A stretch of DNA of 64,000 nucleotides from an uncultured delta proteobacterium (GTDB lineage: Bacteria; Desulfobacterota; Binatia; Binatales; Binataceae), in assembly GCA_963724765.1 (NCBI GenBank), contig CAVRVY010000001.1, positions 896,001 through 960,000 of the forward strand, in the 5' to 3' direction. Position 1 is the stretch's first letter. Each line of letters begins with the position of its first letter. A model generated the notes under the pieces. That model was not told the origin of the DNA. It was given only the letters and a program-made list of their open reading frames with translations, and did no database searches. Positions 50,177 through 59,451 of this stretch are shown here, one piece after another. The translations under genes were made by a program, and so were the position numbers.

Positions 50177-50560
50177 TCTGCTACGGGCCTGGAGGTTCGT
50201 TCAGTCGCATTTCCCGCTGGAAATAGAGACGCGGAGGATTAACAATCCTCTCACCTACTGCGTAACAGTGGTCTTGGTCGTTTCCTATAGGGAAATGGGA
50301 CTCTTGCGAGCCATGGTAGACCACTCGCCTCGATCTGCTTCGCGCAGCGCGTCAAAGGTTCGCTGTGCGTCATCGTCAAAATCCGACCTCGACGCAATGG
50401 CTGCCGGTGAACTTGATGAACTTGAAACTACAGGCGCGTATGGCGCCGACCTCGCGAATGAATCGCGCTGCCGGACCGTGAGTGATGGCGGACCAATTCA
50501 ATTCCCGCTGCCCGTCGCGCCCTATGATTGAATTGGTAGTGACTTAGACCTTGACGGCGC

Positions 50561-51325
50561 TCACTTGGGTATCGAGGACAGGAGCCGCTCTATTGGTTCC
50601 TGACTTACGCGGATCAAGCCGCCCTCTGGCTGATTCAAATCGAGTGTGACGTAGACCGCGACGCTCACGAGAAATATGAAGCATAGCGTTCCAACAATTT
50701 CAGTATTGTTGGCCGCTCCTTGTTCGCGTCCTATCAACAGGACCGTAACAATTGAGCACGCGAACAGAAGGAACAGAATGCCCGGTGGCAGCCGGTCCCT
50801 ATAAGCCGCAAGCCGCGAGGCCTGATTGCTAGTCATCGCGTTTAGTGTATTGGTCAGCGACACCGCTATCGGTGTTCCATCGCTGACCGCCTGCGCGACG
50901 ATTTCCTCCATCCGGGCGTGCAGTTGGTCGAATTTCACAAGCGCGCTTTCAAGGTCGGAATCGCGGAGCGCGCCGCGAGCCAGATCGAGGCGGAGTTGCG
51001 CGTATTGCCGTATCACGCCCTGTAACTTCGTTCGCGAGGGCTCCTTGAGTATGCTGGCGCACGTATAGAAATCTCCAATCGCGTTGCTATCTGCGACGAC
51101 AGCCAGCCGCCGTTGGTCGTGTCTAGCGATGGACATTCCGAAGCTAAACGCAAGGAGCAGGCTGAGGAGCGCCATGCTGGCATCATCGAACTTCGATGGC
51201 TTCGTGCCGCCCTCGCTCAGCAACCGCTCGCCCAATCGTTTGCCGATGCTCCATGCGGCCAGCATCGCGACAACCAGAATTAAGGCGATAACGTGGATAT
51301 CGAGCGCGGTGGTGATGTCTCCCAT
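50561..51325 (-). CDS. DUF4239/bestrophin-like membrane protein
   Basis: LLSLLLAFSFGM...R.DQRR..VV.DSNAIG, DLNQP..GLIRVSQ. Confidence 0.75.
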   Translation of the reverse strand: MGDITTALDIHVIALILVVAMLAAWSIGKRLGERLLSEGGTKPSKFDDASMALLSLLLAFSFGMSIARHDQRRLAVVADSNAIGDFYTCASILKEPSRTKLQGVIRQYAQLRLDLARGALRDSDLESALVKFDQLHARMEEIVAQAVSDGTPIAVSLTNTLNAMTSNQASRLAAYRDRLPPGILFLLFACSIVTVLLIGREQGAANNTEIVGTLCFIFLVSVAVYVTLDLNQPEGGLIRVSQEPIERLLSSIPK

Positions 51326-51693
51326 AGCTGCTCCTTATTGCGTGCGGTATGTGGCGCAGTGCGAGAGTAACATCGAAGCCGCTACTTGCTGCGGTGAAGG
51401 AATAATAGAAGCGTTACAGTGGTCGGCAGACTTTGCGGATCGCGCCTTCGCGACATCCGTTGGCCTTGGTGACGGCGTGGCGCTCGGTTGCGAGACTCTC
51501 CTACGATACGCGGGCGCAGGACCCGCGATCTTAGAGACGGGTGGTGAGATCCATAGACGGTCGGTGGCCTGCTCTCCAATGCCCGTCAGATCACGGGCCA
51601 ATATGGGACCAACCTATCGCTGCAAGATTGCGAGGAATGATTTTACGTCTCATTTTTCGTTCGCTTATAATAGGTGATGGTTACTGCGAGCGG

Positions 51694-53084
51694 TCAATTG
51701 GCAACCTCACTTTTAAAAGCGTAAGACAGGTCCACGCTTTCAAACGGCTTGGCCGACCACGGCCGGAAACGATTGAGCGTGAACTTCGTGTTTTGACCGG
51801 GTTCGACTTCAACCAGAAGATAGCTGTACTCCTCGCTGGGAGGAGTGGCCTTCTGATAAAGGTTCGGCGGATAGTCCGCCGGCATCTTGATGCTCGTACG
51901 GCCGGGGAGGATCGGATCCTGTTCTGCGCCGCCGCCCCCCAGCAGCAGATACTTCACGCCATCTACATTGTAAATCTCAGTCGTGTGGACGTGGCCGTTG
52001 AATACGACGATGTCCAAATCCTTGGCATACGACGCGAGCAGCTTGTGCGGACTCTGAGCTCGCGGAATGGAGCCCATACCGGAGCGGCAAAAGACTGGGT
52101 TATGGAAACTGACGAAGACCTTCCTGATGCCCGCAGCCTTGGCCTCATCAAGCCATTGCGCGAGCAGCTTCATCTGTTCCTCTGTTCCTCATATGTGGGC
52201 CGTGTGGCACCCCAGGCCGTGGGTTTGTTCTCGTCATATTTGCCAGTCCATAGAAAGATGAAGCGAGCACCGTTGTAATCGAACTTATAGACAAGTTGTT
52301 TGTCTGAAACCCCGAGCTCTTTCAGATAAGGGAAGGTACTCAAGAAACCTTGGATGTTGGGATCTCCCCACACTTCGTGGTTGCCGACGGCAGTAAAGAA
52401 GCGACCTCCGAGACCCGCAGCACGCATTTGATCATCGGGAGCCGGCAATTGCTTCACCACGTCATCGTTCACCAGCTTCCAGTATGGGTTGTCGAAGGGA
52501 GTAGCGCCCTGCAGACCCCACCAGACCAAGTCCCCCGTGTGGAGAATGAACCTTGCGCGCCCGCTCTTGACCTCGTTGGCTATTTCATGGGCGACCCACT
52601 CACCGCCAGGAAGTTCAAACATTGTGCGGTGGACGCCGGGAAGTAGCTTTACATCCTCGACCGAGGCCTTGGTGACCCAGCCTTTGTCCAATGTCAGGGT
52701 GGTCACTTCATACTTTGTGTCGAACGGCATCACTACTTGCGCCAGCTCGTGGGTGCCCGCATCATAGATGAATTTGACATCTCGTTTGACCACTACCTCC
52801 GCGATCTTCTTTGGAAACACCAGTTCAAACATCTGAACCATCAGTTGGCGGGCCTCCGCCTCCTGATCCGATCTGTACGGCAGGTAAAACATCGACCGCG
52901 AGTCACCGTACACTGCAAACGAAAACCCGGTAGCTGCGGCCTCCGGCTGTTGCCCAATAGCATTGAGCGGCGCAAGAGCAAGCAATGTCGCGAATGCGAA
53001 CAGGATAGAGGAGACTTTCATGGCGGTCATCATTCTGCTGCTCACAATGTTAATCCTCATAGCTTTTCGTTTTTCAGAAAACAT
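51694..53084 (-). pseudogene. Secreted metallophosphoesterase (calcineurin-like) split by an 8-bp tandem duplication
   Basis: GDSR, HTGDLV, VGNHE in the 5' ORF; FHNP and NGHVH in the 3' ORF; TGTTCCTC x2 at 52175-52190. Confidence 0.82.
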
Positions 53085-53521
53085 ATGGCTGCCGGTTCCT
53101 TCGTCGTGCCAGCGTCCTCAGCAGTCCCGCCCTACTTCATCTTGAGCTAATGGCCCGGGAATCCAGACTCGCACTTCTGGCCCCGGCGGGGCCAGAGCCG
53201 CTCTAGCTAGTTCAGTTCGTCGTTTCGCGGGCGGGCGCGCCATCGGTTTTCACCAGCCGCTGAGCCCTCCACTTTCACGATCGGACCGGTGCGTATACGT
53301 GGTAGTCGAACGCTGACTCGATCGTTCGCTGGCCGGGCGCATAAGCGCGTAGATTGATGTACCAGCGTCCGGATTTTGGCGTCGATCACCAGTTAGCTTC
53401 CTTGTCGGGGCGGGGGTGTTGTAGAGGCCGCTCTGTTGGGTTTTTAGCGTCGTCGCTGATGACTACACGGCGAGCGCGCCCTCAAGGCGCTTGCTTTGCG
53501 CAACCAGTTATCGCCTGAGAT

Positions 53522-54058
53522 CTAGTTTACGGTGTAACCGCGTCCAGTGAGGCACGATGCCATCGCGCGATTGTAGGCGTTGCGCTGGCCTTGTTGTGAG
53601 TTGGAAGTCGCCTGGGCGTTGACCTGTTGCTGCTGATTCTGCTGAAGCCTTTGATCGCGCCGGCGCATCCCGCCGGCCAATCCGCCCATCGCCGCGCCCG
53701 CGGCGGCCCCGGTCCCCGCATTGCCCGTTATCGCGCCGCCTACTGCGCCGAGCGCAGCGCCGCGCGCCGCTCCTTTGACTACATGCCCCTGCGGTGGCGG
53801 GGGCTGGTTCGATACGGCGTGCGTATCAGAGGCGGCGGCCTGAGCTCTGCTGGGATCGAATCCGGTCTGCTTGACCGCCCATGAATGACACTCGTAGCGG
53901 TCGCGGTCCTGCTGGGCCTGGCTCTGCCCCTTTGCCGGGTAGGCGAAGACGTCCTGCGCTCGAGAGGATCCGGTTAAAAGCAGGACGGGTATAGCCACAA
54001 TGGCGAGCGCCAGACTGACATTGCGCTGACGATGCTGCGAAAAGTGCTGATGTTTCAT
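53522..54058 (-). CDS. Secreted glycine-zipper protein (YMGG-like), paralog 2
   Basis: GGAGG RBS; FAYPAKGQSQAQQDRDRYECHSWAVKQTGFDP, same zipper as paralog 1, AMASCLTGRGYTVN. Confidence 0.88.
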   Translation of the reverse strand: MKHQHFSQHRQRNVSLALAIVAIPVLLLTGSSRAQDVFAYPAKGQSQAQQDRDRYECHSWAVKQTGFDPSRAQAAASDTHAVSNQPPPPQGHVVKGAARGAALGAVGGAITGNAGTGAAAGAAMGGLAGGMRRRDQRLQQNQQQQVNAQATSNSQQGQRNAYNRAMASCLTGRGYTVN

Positions 54059-54794
54059 CTTTTCCTCCATTGATACTTGCTGCCGGCGAAATCGGACGCG
54101 TGTCTGGTCGGTTCGATATGCTGTTAAAAGGCGGAAGCAGCATTCGATTCAGAGTTGTTAGAGGGGTGCGATGCTGGTTGATCTCGGTGACGCGCGACGC
54201 GATCTCCTTGCTTAGAGTCGCCAGGTCGCTGCTCAAGGCCGACGACGCGCTGGCCTCGTCGGTGCCTGCGGGCGCTCCAGTGGTAGTTTCTGAAGCGTAG
54301 AGGATTTTGCCGCCCAGGCTGTCTCTGATGATCCAGCTCGCGATGAGCTGCGTCTGGCCTTCGCTGGTGGTCTCGAACCGTTGGACGTCAACTTCGACTT
54401 GGTAGTCAACCTTGGTTCTCAGCGCCCACGGATATTTCTCGATCCGATGGGTGTCCAGCAGCGTCGCCAGGTTCTCCGACAACACCCGTACGAAATTCTT
54501 ATCGAGCGGCTCGGCCCAGCGCTTTTCATCGGAGAGCTCGATCCGGTTGGGCGCGACGCGTGTGACGACGGGCAGGCGGCGAAGGTAGCCCGGAAAATCG
54601 ACGGGGCCCACGCCGATGGTGAGTTGCGAATCGGTGTTGGTCGAGGCCGGCCTGGCGGCCATAGCGCCGCTATCGGAAACTGGAGTCAGGATGTAGAACC
54701 TGGAGCGGTCGGGCTGGGGCGATAGCACGGAGCATCCCGCGGCCAATATCCCGCAGGCGCCGATCGCGCTCATTTTCATCTTGAGGTTTGTCAT
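53826..54794 (-). CDS. pqiC: PqiC-family (ABC auxiliary) lipoprotein; 3' end probably over-extended
   Basis: Lipobox LAAGC, RFYILT, GVGPV.FP.YL.R, RWAEPL, V.VQRFE; family similarity ends near 54170. Confidence 0.8.
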   Translation of the reverse strand: MTNLKMKMSAIGACGILAAGCSVLSPQPDRSRFYILTPVSDSGAMAARPASTNTDSQLTIGVGPVDFPGYLRRLPVVTRVAPNRIELSDEKRWAEPLDKNFVRVLSENLATLLDTHRIEKYPWALRTKVDYQVEVDVQRFETTSEGQTQLIASWIIRDSLGGKILYASETTTGAPAGTDEASASSALSSDLATLSKEIASRVTEINQHRTPLTTLNRMLLPPFNSISNRPDTRPISPAASINGGKDETSALFAASSAQCQSGARHCGYTRPAFNRILSSAGRLRLPGKGAEPGPAGPRPLRVSFMGGQADRIRSQQSSGRRL

Positions 54795-54795
54795 A

Positions 54796-55773
54796 TTATT
54801 TGCCTTTGTCCGGCACGTACCGCCCGCGGACCAAAGCACCGGGATTGCGCTGCAAGTAGTCTGTGAGCTCTCCTATCGATCGCGAGGTCTCGGTCAGCGA
54901 GTCGAGGGCTTGGTTGAGACGGACCGCCAGTGGGGCGTTGGGATCGAGCGTCTGCTGGAGGCCGACCAGCGCGGCGCGGGTGTCCTTCATCGTCTTATTG
55001 GCTTCGTCAGAGCTCTCTCGAATGTCGGCAACCAGCGGACCGACCTGCGAGTTGGCGTTATTGATGAGTGCGCGGGCCGAGTTGACCGCTTGGTTCAGGT
55101 TCGCAATCGTCCCTTTGAGCGATTCAAGCGTGGCCTTGAGTTCCGGCGAACCGGTGAGAGTCTTGATCGAGTTGGCGGCGTCGGTAATCGATACGACCAG
55201 GGCCTGGAAGTCGATTTTCTCGAATTTATCCAATGCGTGCGTAAGCCGTTCCTGGAGCTGCTCAAGACCGGTCTGAACGGTCGGAATTTCCCGGTAGGGT
55301 CCCCCCGGCTCCAGCGCAAGGTTTATCGGAGCATTGGGGTGAACATCGAGATCTATATATAGAAGTCCAGTCAGGAGACTTTCCGTTGCGAGCTGCGCCC
55401 GCATCCCCTGTTTGATCATGTCATCGAAGCCGGACTGTTCGAGCGCCGCGCCAGTTCCGCCCCTCGCCAGCAGTTGCGATCGGTCGACATCGATGAGGAC
55501 CGGCAACCGAAGACCCCTGATACTGGGTCGCATCCGCCCCTGGGAGGGCAAAAGCCTGAGCTGTATCGTCGCGACGGTGCCGATCTGCACCCCCCTTACC
55601 TTGACCGGCGCCCCGATCTTGAGCCCATTGAGGTTCCCCTGGAACATGCAGATGAAGCGGATCGGCCTGGTGAACATCTTGCCCGAGCCGACTACGATCA
55701 GGGCGACGACCAGAATCGCAAAGCTGGCGACGACGAACGCACCGATAACTGCTGGACTGACCCTTTTACTCAT
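54796..55773 (-). CDS. MCE-domain protein (MlaD/PqiB-like) with long helical tail
   Basis: IGAFV, GLKIGAPVKVRGVQIGTV, G.RAQL...SLLTGLLYIDL, DYLQRNPGALVRG. Confidence 0.9.
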   Translation of the reverse strand: MSKRVSPAVIGAFVVASFAILVVALIVVGSGKMFTRPIRFICMFQGNLNGLKIGAPVKVRGVQIGTVATIQLRLLPSQGRMRPSIRGLRLPVLIDVDRSQLLARGGTGAALEQSGFDDMIKQGMRAQLATESLLTGLLYIDLDVHPNAPINLALEPGGPYREIPTVQTGLEQLQERLTHALDKFEKIDFQALVVSITDAANSIKTLTGSPELKATLESLKGTIANLNQAVNSARALINNANSQVGPLVADIRESSDEANKTMKDTRAALVGLQQTLDPNAPLAVRLNQALDSLTETSRSIGELTDYLQRNPGALVRGRYVPDKGK

Positions 55774-56575
55774 GACTGCCTAATGAGTCGCCTCCCTCCT
55801 GTCCACGAGTGAGAAATCTTCGCACCCGCGGGTCCTTCGAATTTGCAAGCATGTCGTGCGGATCGCCGGTCGCGATCTGGACGCGGGATTCCGCGTCCAG
55901 AAAGACGCTGTTGTTGGCGATGGTAAAGATGCTGGCCAGCTCGTGGGTAACCACGACGATCGTTGCGCCAAGGTTCGCCCGCAGCTCGAGGATCAAATCG
56001 TCGAGCAGGCGGGAGCTTATCGGATCGAGTCCGGCCGAAGGCTCGTCGAAGAACAGGATGTCCGGATCGAGCGCCATCGCACGCGCCAGCCCTGCGCGCT
56101 TCTGCATGCCGCCGCTGATCTGGTTGGGGTAGAAGTCCTCGAAACCCTTGAGCCCGACCAGCGCGAGCTTGAGCGCGGCGATCTCGCGGATCTGCGCCGG
56201 GGTCAGATCGGTGAACTCGCCGAGCGGCAGGCCGATGTTCTCCGCCAGCGTCATCGAGCTCCACAATGCTCCGCTCTGGTAAAGGATTCCGAACCGCCGC
56301 AGCAGGCGCTCGCGCTGCTCCGGCTCGGCCCGCGTGAAGTTGATGTCTCGGTAAATGATCTCGCCCGTCGCCGGTTCCTTGAGCCCGATCAGATGGCGGA
56401 GCAGCGTACTCTTGCCGCATCCGCTGCCGCCCATGATGATGAAGATATCGCCGCGTCGCACGATGAAATTGAGATCGCGCATCAGCACGAAACTGCCATA
56501 GGCCATCGTCAGGTTGCGCACGATGATGTGCGGCTCCGCGCTGGAGCGATTCTCGCCATTGACGCCCGTCGCCAT
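55766..56575 (-). CDS. mlaF: ABC ATPase, MlaF/Mkl family
   Basis: GGSGCGKS, ISGGMQKRAGLARAMALDP, FFDEPSAGLDP, VTHEL. Confidence 0.92.
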   Translation of the reverse strand: MATGVNGENRSSAEPHIIVRNLTMAYGSFVLMRDLNFIVRRGDIFIIMGGSGCGKSTLLRHLIGLKEPATGEIIYRDINFTRAEPEQRERLLRRFGILYQSGALWSSMTLAENIGLPLGEFTDLTPAQIREIAALKLALVGLKGFEDFYPNQISGGMQKRAGLARAMALDPDILFFDEPSAGLDPISSRLLDDLILELRANLGATIVVVTHELASIFTIANNSVFLDAESRVQIATGDPHDMLANSKDPRVRRFLTRGQEGGDSLGSHE

Positions 56576-56578
56576 CGT

Positions 56579-57730
56579 TTAGATGCCCAGGAAGTTGAAG
56601 ACCACGGCGAACAGGCCGCAAGCGACCACGATCATCACGATCGCCATCACCACCGCCTGCGTCGCCGCGTCGCCGACCGCGGAGGAGCTGTTACCGCACT
56701 GAAAGCCGCGCAGACAGCCGGCAATCGCGATCAGTACGCCGTAGAAAGTTCCCTTGATGATGCCGCCGAACAGATTGACCAGGGTCAGGGTCGAGATGGT
56801 TTCGCGCATGTAACTGCCGGCGGACAGATCGAGCATCGTTACGCCGACGAACAGGCCGCCGAGTATTCCGACCAGGTCCGCGAACAGGCAGAGCAGCGGC
56901 ATCATCAGCACCAGAGCGAGCACCCGCGGCAGGACCAAAAACTCCAGCGGCGACACGCCCATCGTGGTCAGCGCGTCGATCTCCTGAGTCACCTTCATCG
57001 TGCCGAGCTTCGCGGCAAACGCGGCGCCGGTGCGGCCCGACATGATAATCGCCGTCATCATAGCAGCCATGTCGCGGACCATCCCGATCCCGACCAGGTC
57101 TGCGACGTAGATCGACGCGCCGAACTGCGACAACTGCACCGCGCCCATGAAGGCCAGGATGACGCCGACCAGAAACGAGATCAGCGTGACGATTCCGACC
57201 GCGTTGGGGCCACATTCCTGGATGACTTCGAGCAGGTCGATCTTTCGGTAGCGTGCCTTGCCGCGGAGAAATTTTGCGAAGGCCAGCGTCAGATCGCCGA
57301 GGAAGCCCAGGAACTCGCCCACCGAGAGGCCGTAGCCGATCGTAACGTTGCCCACGCGCTCGAAGAACGAGACGCGCGACGCTTCGCTGCGCGCGCCCTT
57401 TTTCTCAGGCACCGCCTCGGCCAGTTCGAGCAGGCGCCTAAGACCCGCGGGAAGCCCGGCGCGGTCTTCCGTGATACCGCGAGCGCGGCAGATCTCGGCC
57501 GCGTTGGTCAGAAATGAAATCAGGCCGCTATCCCAATGCGTAAGCTGGGCGGTCTCGTACGCGAGCCGCCTGGCGCCCGGCCGCGAACCGAGTTCGGCCG
57601 CCAGCAGCGAAGTCGGCGGCAGGTCGCGCTGCAGATGCCAGGGGCCCGAAAGATGCACCACGAGCGTCGAGCTATCGACCCGCTCGAAAGTCATTCTCCC
57701 CTGATCTAGCCTCTGTGCAGCAGCACCCAT
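56579..57730 (-). CDS. mlaE: MlaE-family permease with N-terminal STAS-like domain
   Basis: WDSGL STAS-like motif; GRTGAAFAAKLGTMKVTQEIDAL, LVLPRV, VG.A.T.AVV. Confidence 0.92.
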   Translation of the reverse strand: MGAAAQRLDQGRMTFERVDSSTLVVHLSGPWHLQRDLPPTSLLAAELGSRPGARRLAYETAQLTHWDSGLISFLTNAAEICRARGITEDRAGLPAGLRRLLELAEAVPEKKGARSEASRVSFFERVGNVTIGYGLSVGEFLGFLGDLTLAFAKFLRGKARYRKIDLLEVIQECGPNAVGIVTLISFLVGVILAFMGAVQLSQFGASIYVADLVGIGMVRDMAAMMTAIIMSGRTGAAFAAKLGTMKVTQEIDALTTMGVSPLEFLVLPRVLALVLMMPLLCLFADLVGILGGLFVGVTMLDLSAGSYMRETISTLTLVNLFGGIIKGTFYGVLIAIAGCLRGFQCGNSSSAVGDAATQAVVMAIVMIVVACGLFAVVFNFLGI

Positions 57731-57858
57731 CGGATCACGTCTCTCCCGTTCACTCGCAATGTGGCCTTAATAGTCCGAGGACACCCACTGTCGGACGGCG
57801 ATAAATTCCTTCATTCGTGGCTTCTCCCGCTAGCCGCGCGTTGCGCGGGACGCCCGAG

Positions 57859-59160
57859 TTAAAGCTTTGCCCTCTCGCGCACGTTCCATCCCAACGCCTG
57901 AAAATTCTTCTTCCCGAGCGGCGACATTTGACCGGAGAGCCAAGCAATTCGTGTAGGCGATACGAGATCGGGCCGGTTGGCGAAATACGAAGTGCGCTTG
58001 GTCCACGAGACGTAGTCGACCTCGGCCGGAACGACGATCACGCCCGCTCGATCGCGGCCGATTACAGTGCCGCGGGCGATAATGCTGACTAGAGGGGTGT
58101 GGGATTGGTGATAGTTGGCCAACATGTTCAGACAACCAGCGAGAAATCGAGCCTGATCTTCCGACTCGGCCGTGCTCGCCAGCGCTACTATGTCGATGGA
58201 ACCCGGGACTGCGGATACACGAGTAAGGTCTTCGACGAAGGCGGTCTGCACACTTAGCGGAAAAGCCTTATTGCCCATGAACGCTTTAATACTCGCGTCT
58301 GGCACGTTCATCGCCTGCAGCTTTTTCTGATTTTGCACGATGAGATCCGCCCTCGGCGTGTCATACACCCAGGTGGAGACAACCCTGGTGGCGGTGATCG
58401 CCATCGAGCCGGGAATGAATACCGACATTGCAGTCGTCACGCCGACGTGCGCTCTAAATGCAACCAAGGCAAAATCATCAAGTTGCTTTGCGAGGATGGG
58501 GTTTGTGGTGTACGGGTCAACGTGAAGCTTTTTCGCCAACCCTCGCCGCTCCTGCTCATAGCCTAAAATGTCTCTGGTAGTCTGAAGGGTGTGCGTGGCA
58601 ACCTGGCCGGCCCTCTCACCCGCGGGAGCCTCTTCCGGAGTCGTGGCAGCCTCCTTGAGCTTTTGAGCACCGAGGCCGACGCGGCCGAAGAAGCGTCCGA
58701 CTCCCGCTGGCATCCCCTTTACCGTGTCCACGGGGTGCATCACCATCTGCCCGGCCGCTGCGACCGGAGCCGCCGCGTTTGTCGCCAGCGCTTGGGCAAA
58801 CACCTTCGACTTACTGGTCTGGTTCAGTTCCACGATTGCAGGGAGCTCGGCGACGCGAATCCTGAGCATTTCAAGGCCGTCCGCGTTGAAGGTTCCGACA
58901 TCGCTGCGGAGCGTGAAGTGCGCGGTAAGCCCGTCGGTTGGCACTTGTTCGTCGACGTGAAAGCCGTTTCCGTTGAGCAAGGTCGCAGGCGCCAGCTCCT
59001 GAGCTGGCAGCGTCGGTGGCGTTTCGAATTGGGCCGCACTCTCAGCGATTGCCGTTCCTGAAATCAGCAACAGGATCAGAAGGCAGCACCAAAAGGCGCC
59101 GACCTTTGAGTTGCTTCCCTTTACGTACTGGAATAAACCGCGGATCGCTTTAACGAACAT
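57859..59160 (-). CDS. Uncharacterised exported protein (~433 aa)
   Basis: Long clean ORF with GGAG RBS and signal-peptide-like N-terminus; VDPYTTNP motif; no family recognised. Confidence 0.75.
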   Translation of the reverse strand: MFVKAIRGLFQYVKGSNSKVGAFWCCLLILLLISGTAIAESAAQFETPPTLPAQELAPATLLNGNGFHVDEQVPTDGLTAHFTLRSDVGTFNADGLEMLRIRVAELPAIVELNQTSKSKVFAQALATNAAAPVAAAGQMVMHPVDTVKGMPAGVGRFFGRVGLGAQKLKEAATTPEEAPAGERAGQVATHTLQTTRDILGYEQERRGLAKKLHVDPYTTNPILAKQLDDFALVAFRAHVGVTTAMSVFIPGSMAITATRVVSTWVYDTPRADLIVQNQKKLQAMNVPDASIKAFMGNKAFPLSVQTAFVEDLTRVSAVPGSIDIVALASTAESEDQARFLAGCLNMLANYHQSHTPLVSIIARGTVIGRDRAGVIVVPAEVDYVSWTKRTSYFANRPDLVSPTRIAWLSGQMSPLGKKNFQALGWNVRERAKL

Positions 59161-59451
59161 ATTGTCTTCTCCCGAATGCTGCACAGTTCAGCGAGCGCTG
59201 TCGGCCACCAAACCTTGAACGGCGATCTAGTGTCGTGTCTCGTAAATTAGAGTAACATGCATGCTTGGTTTTATTGGCAGGAACGGCAAGAACTCGAAGC
59301 GTTTTGTCTCTGCGTTCGCGAATCAAGTTACTGAGACTTGAGAGACACGACACTAGCAAAGAGCCATCAATTGAGTTCGCGGTTCTTTGAAGATTCCGTT
59401 GCACTGCAATGACGGGCGTCCTGGAATCATTTGTCTCTCTTTGCGTCTGTC

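Larger units (their letters stand above)
36616..50243. mobile_element. Decayed integrative conjugative element (tyrosine integrase, MOBP relaxase, P-type Trb T4SS remnant)
   Basis: trbF/G/I, traF, traD, relaxase, traG, truncated trbB, BrnTA, ardC, xis-like gene, integrase; ends carry the direct repeat CGGAGGATT(C/A)AC. Confidence 0.8.

Noticed and set aside
50215-50255. Possible intact tRNA (Asn on minus strand or Leu on plus strand)
   Set aside because: Only an anticodon-arm-like hairpin; no T-arm or acceptor stem, so kept only as a candidate att site.
53826-54120. Apparent C-terminal extension of PqiC overlapping the glycine-zipper gene by over 200 nt
   Set aside because: Sequence is not family-like and a one-base indel in a G run would stop it earlier; probably not a real fusion or overlap.
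55856-57517. 553-aa plus-strand ORF opposite mlaF/mlaE
   Set aside because: Antisense shadow of ABC transporter genes.
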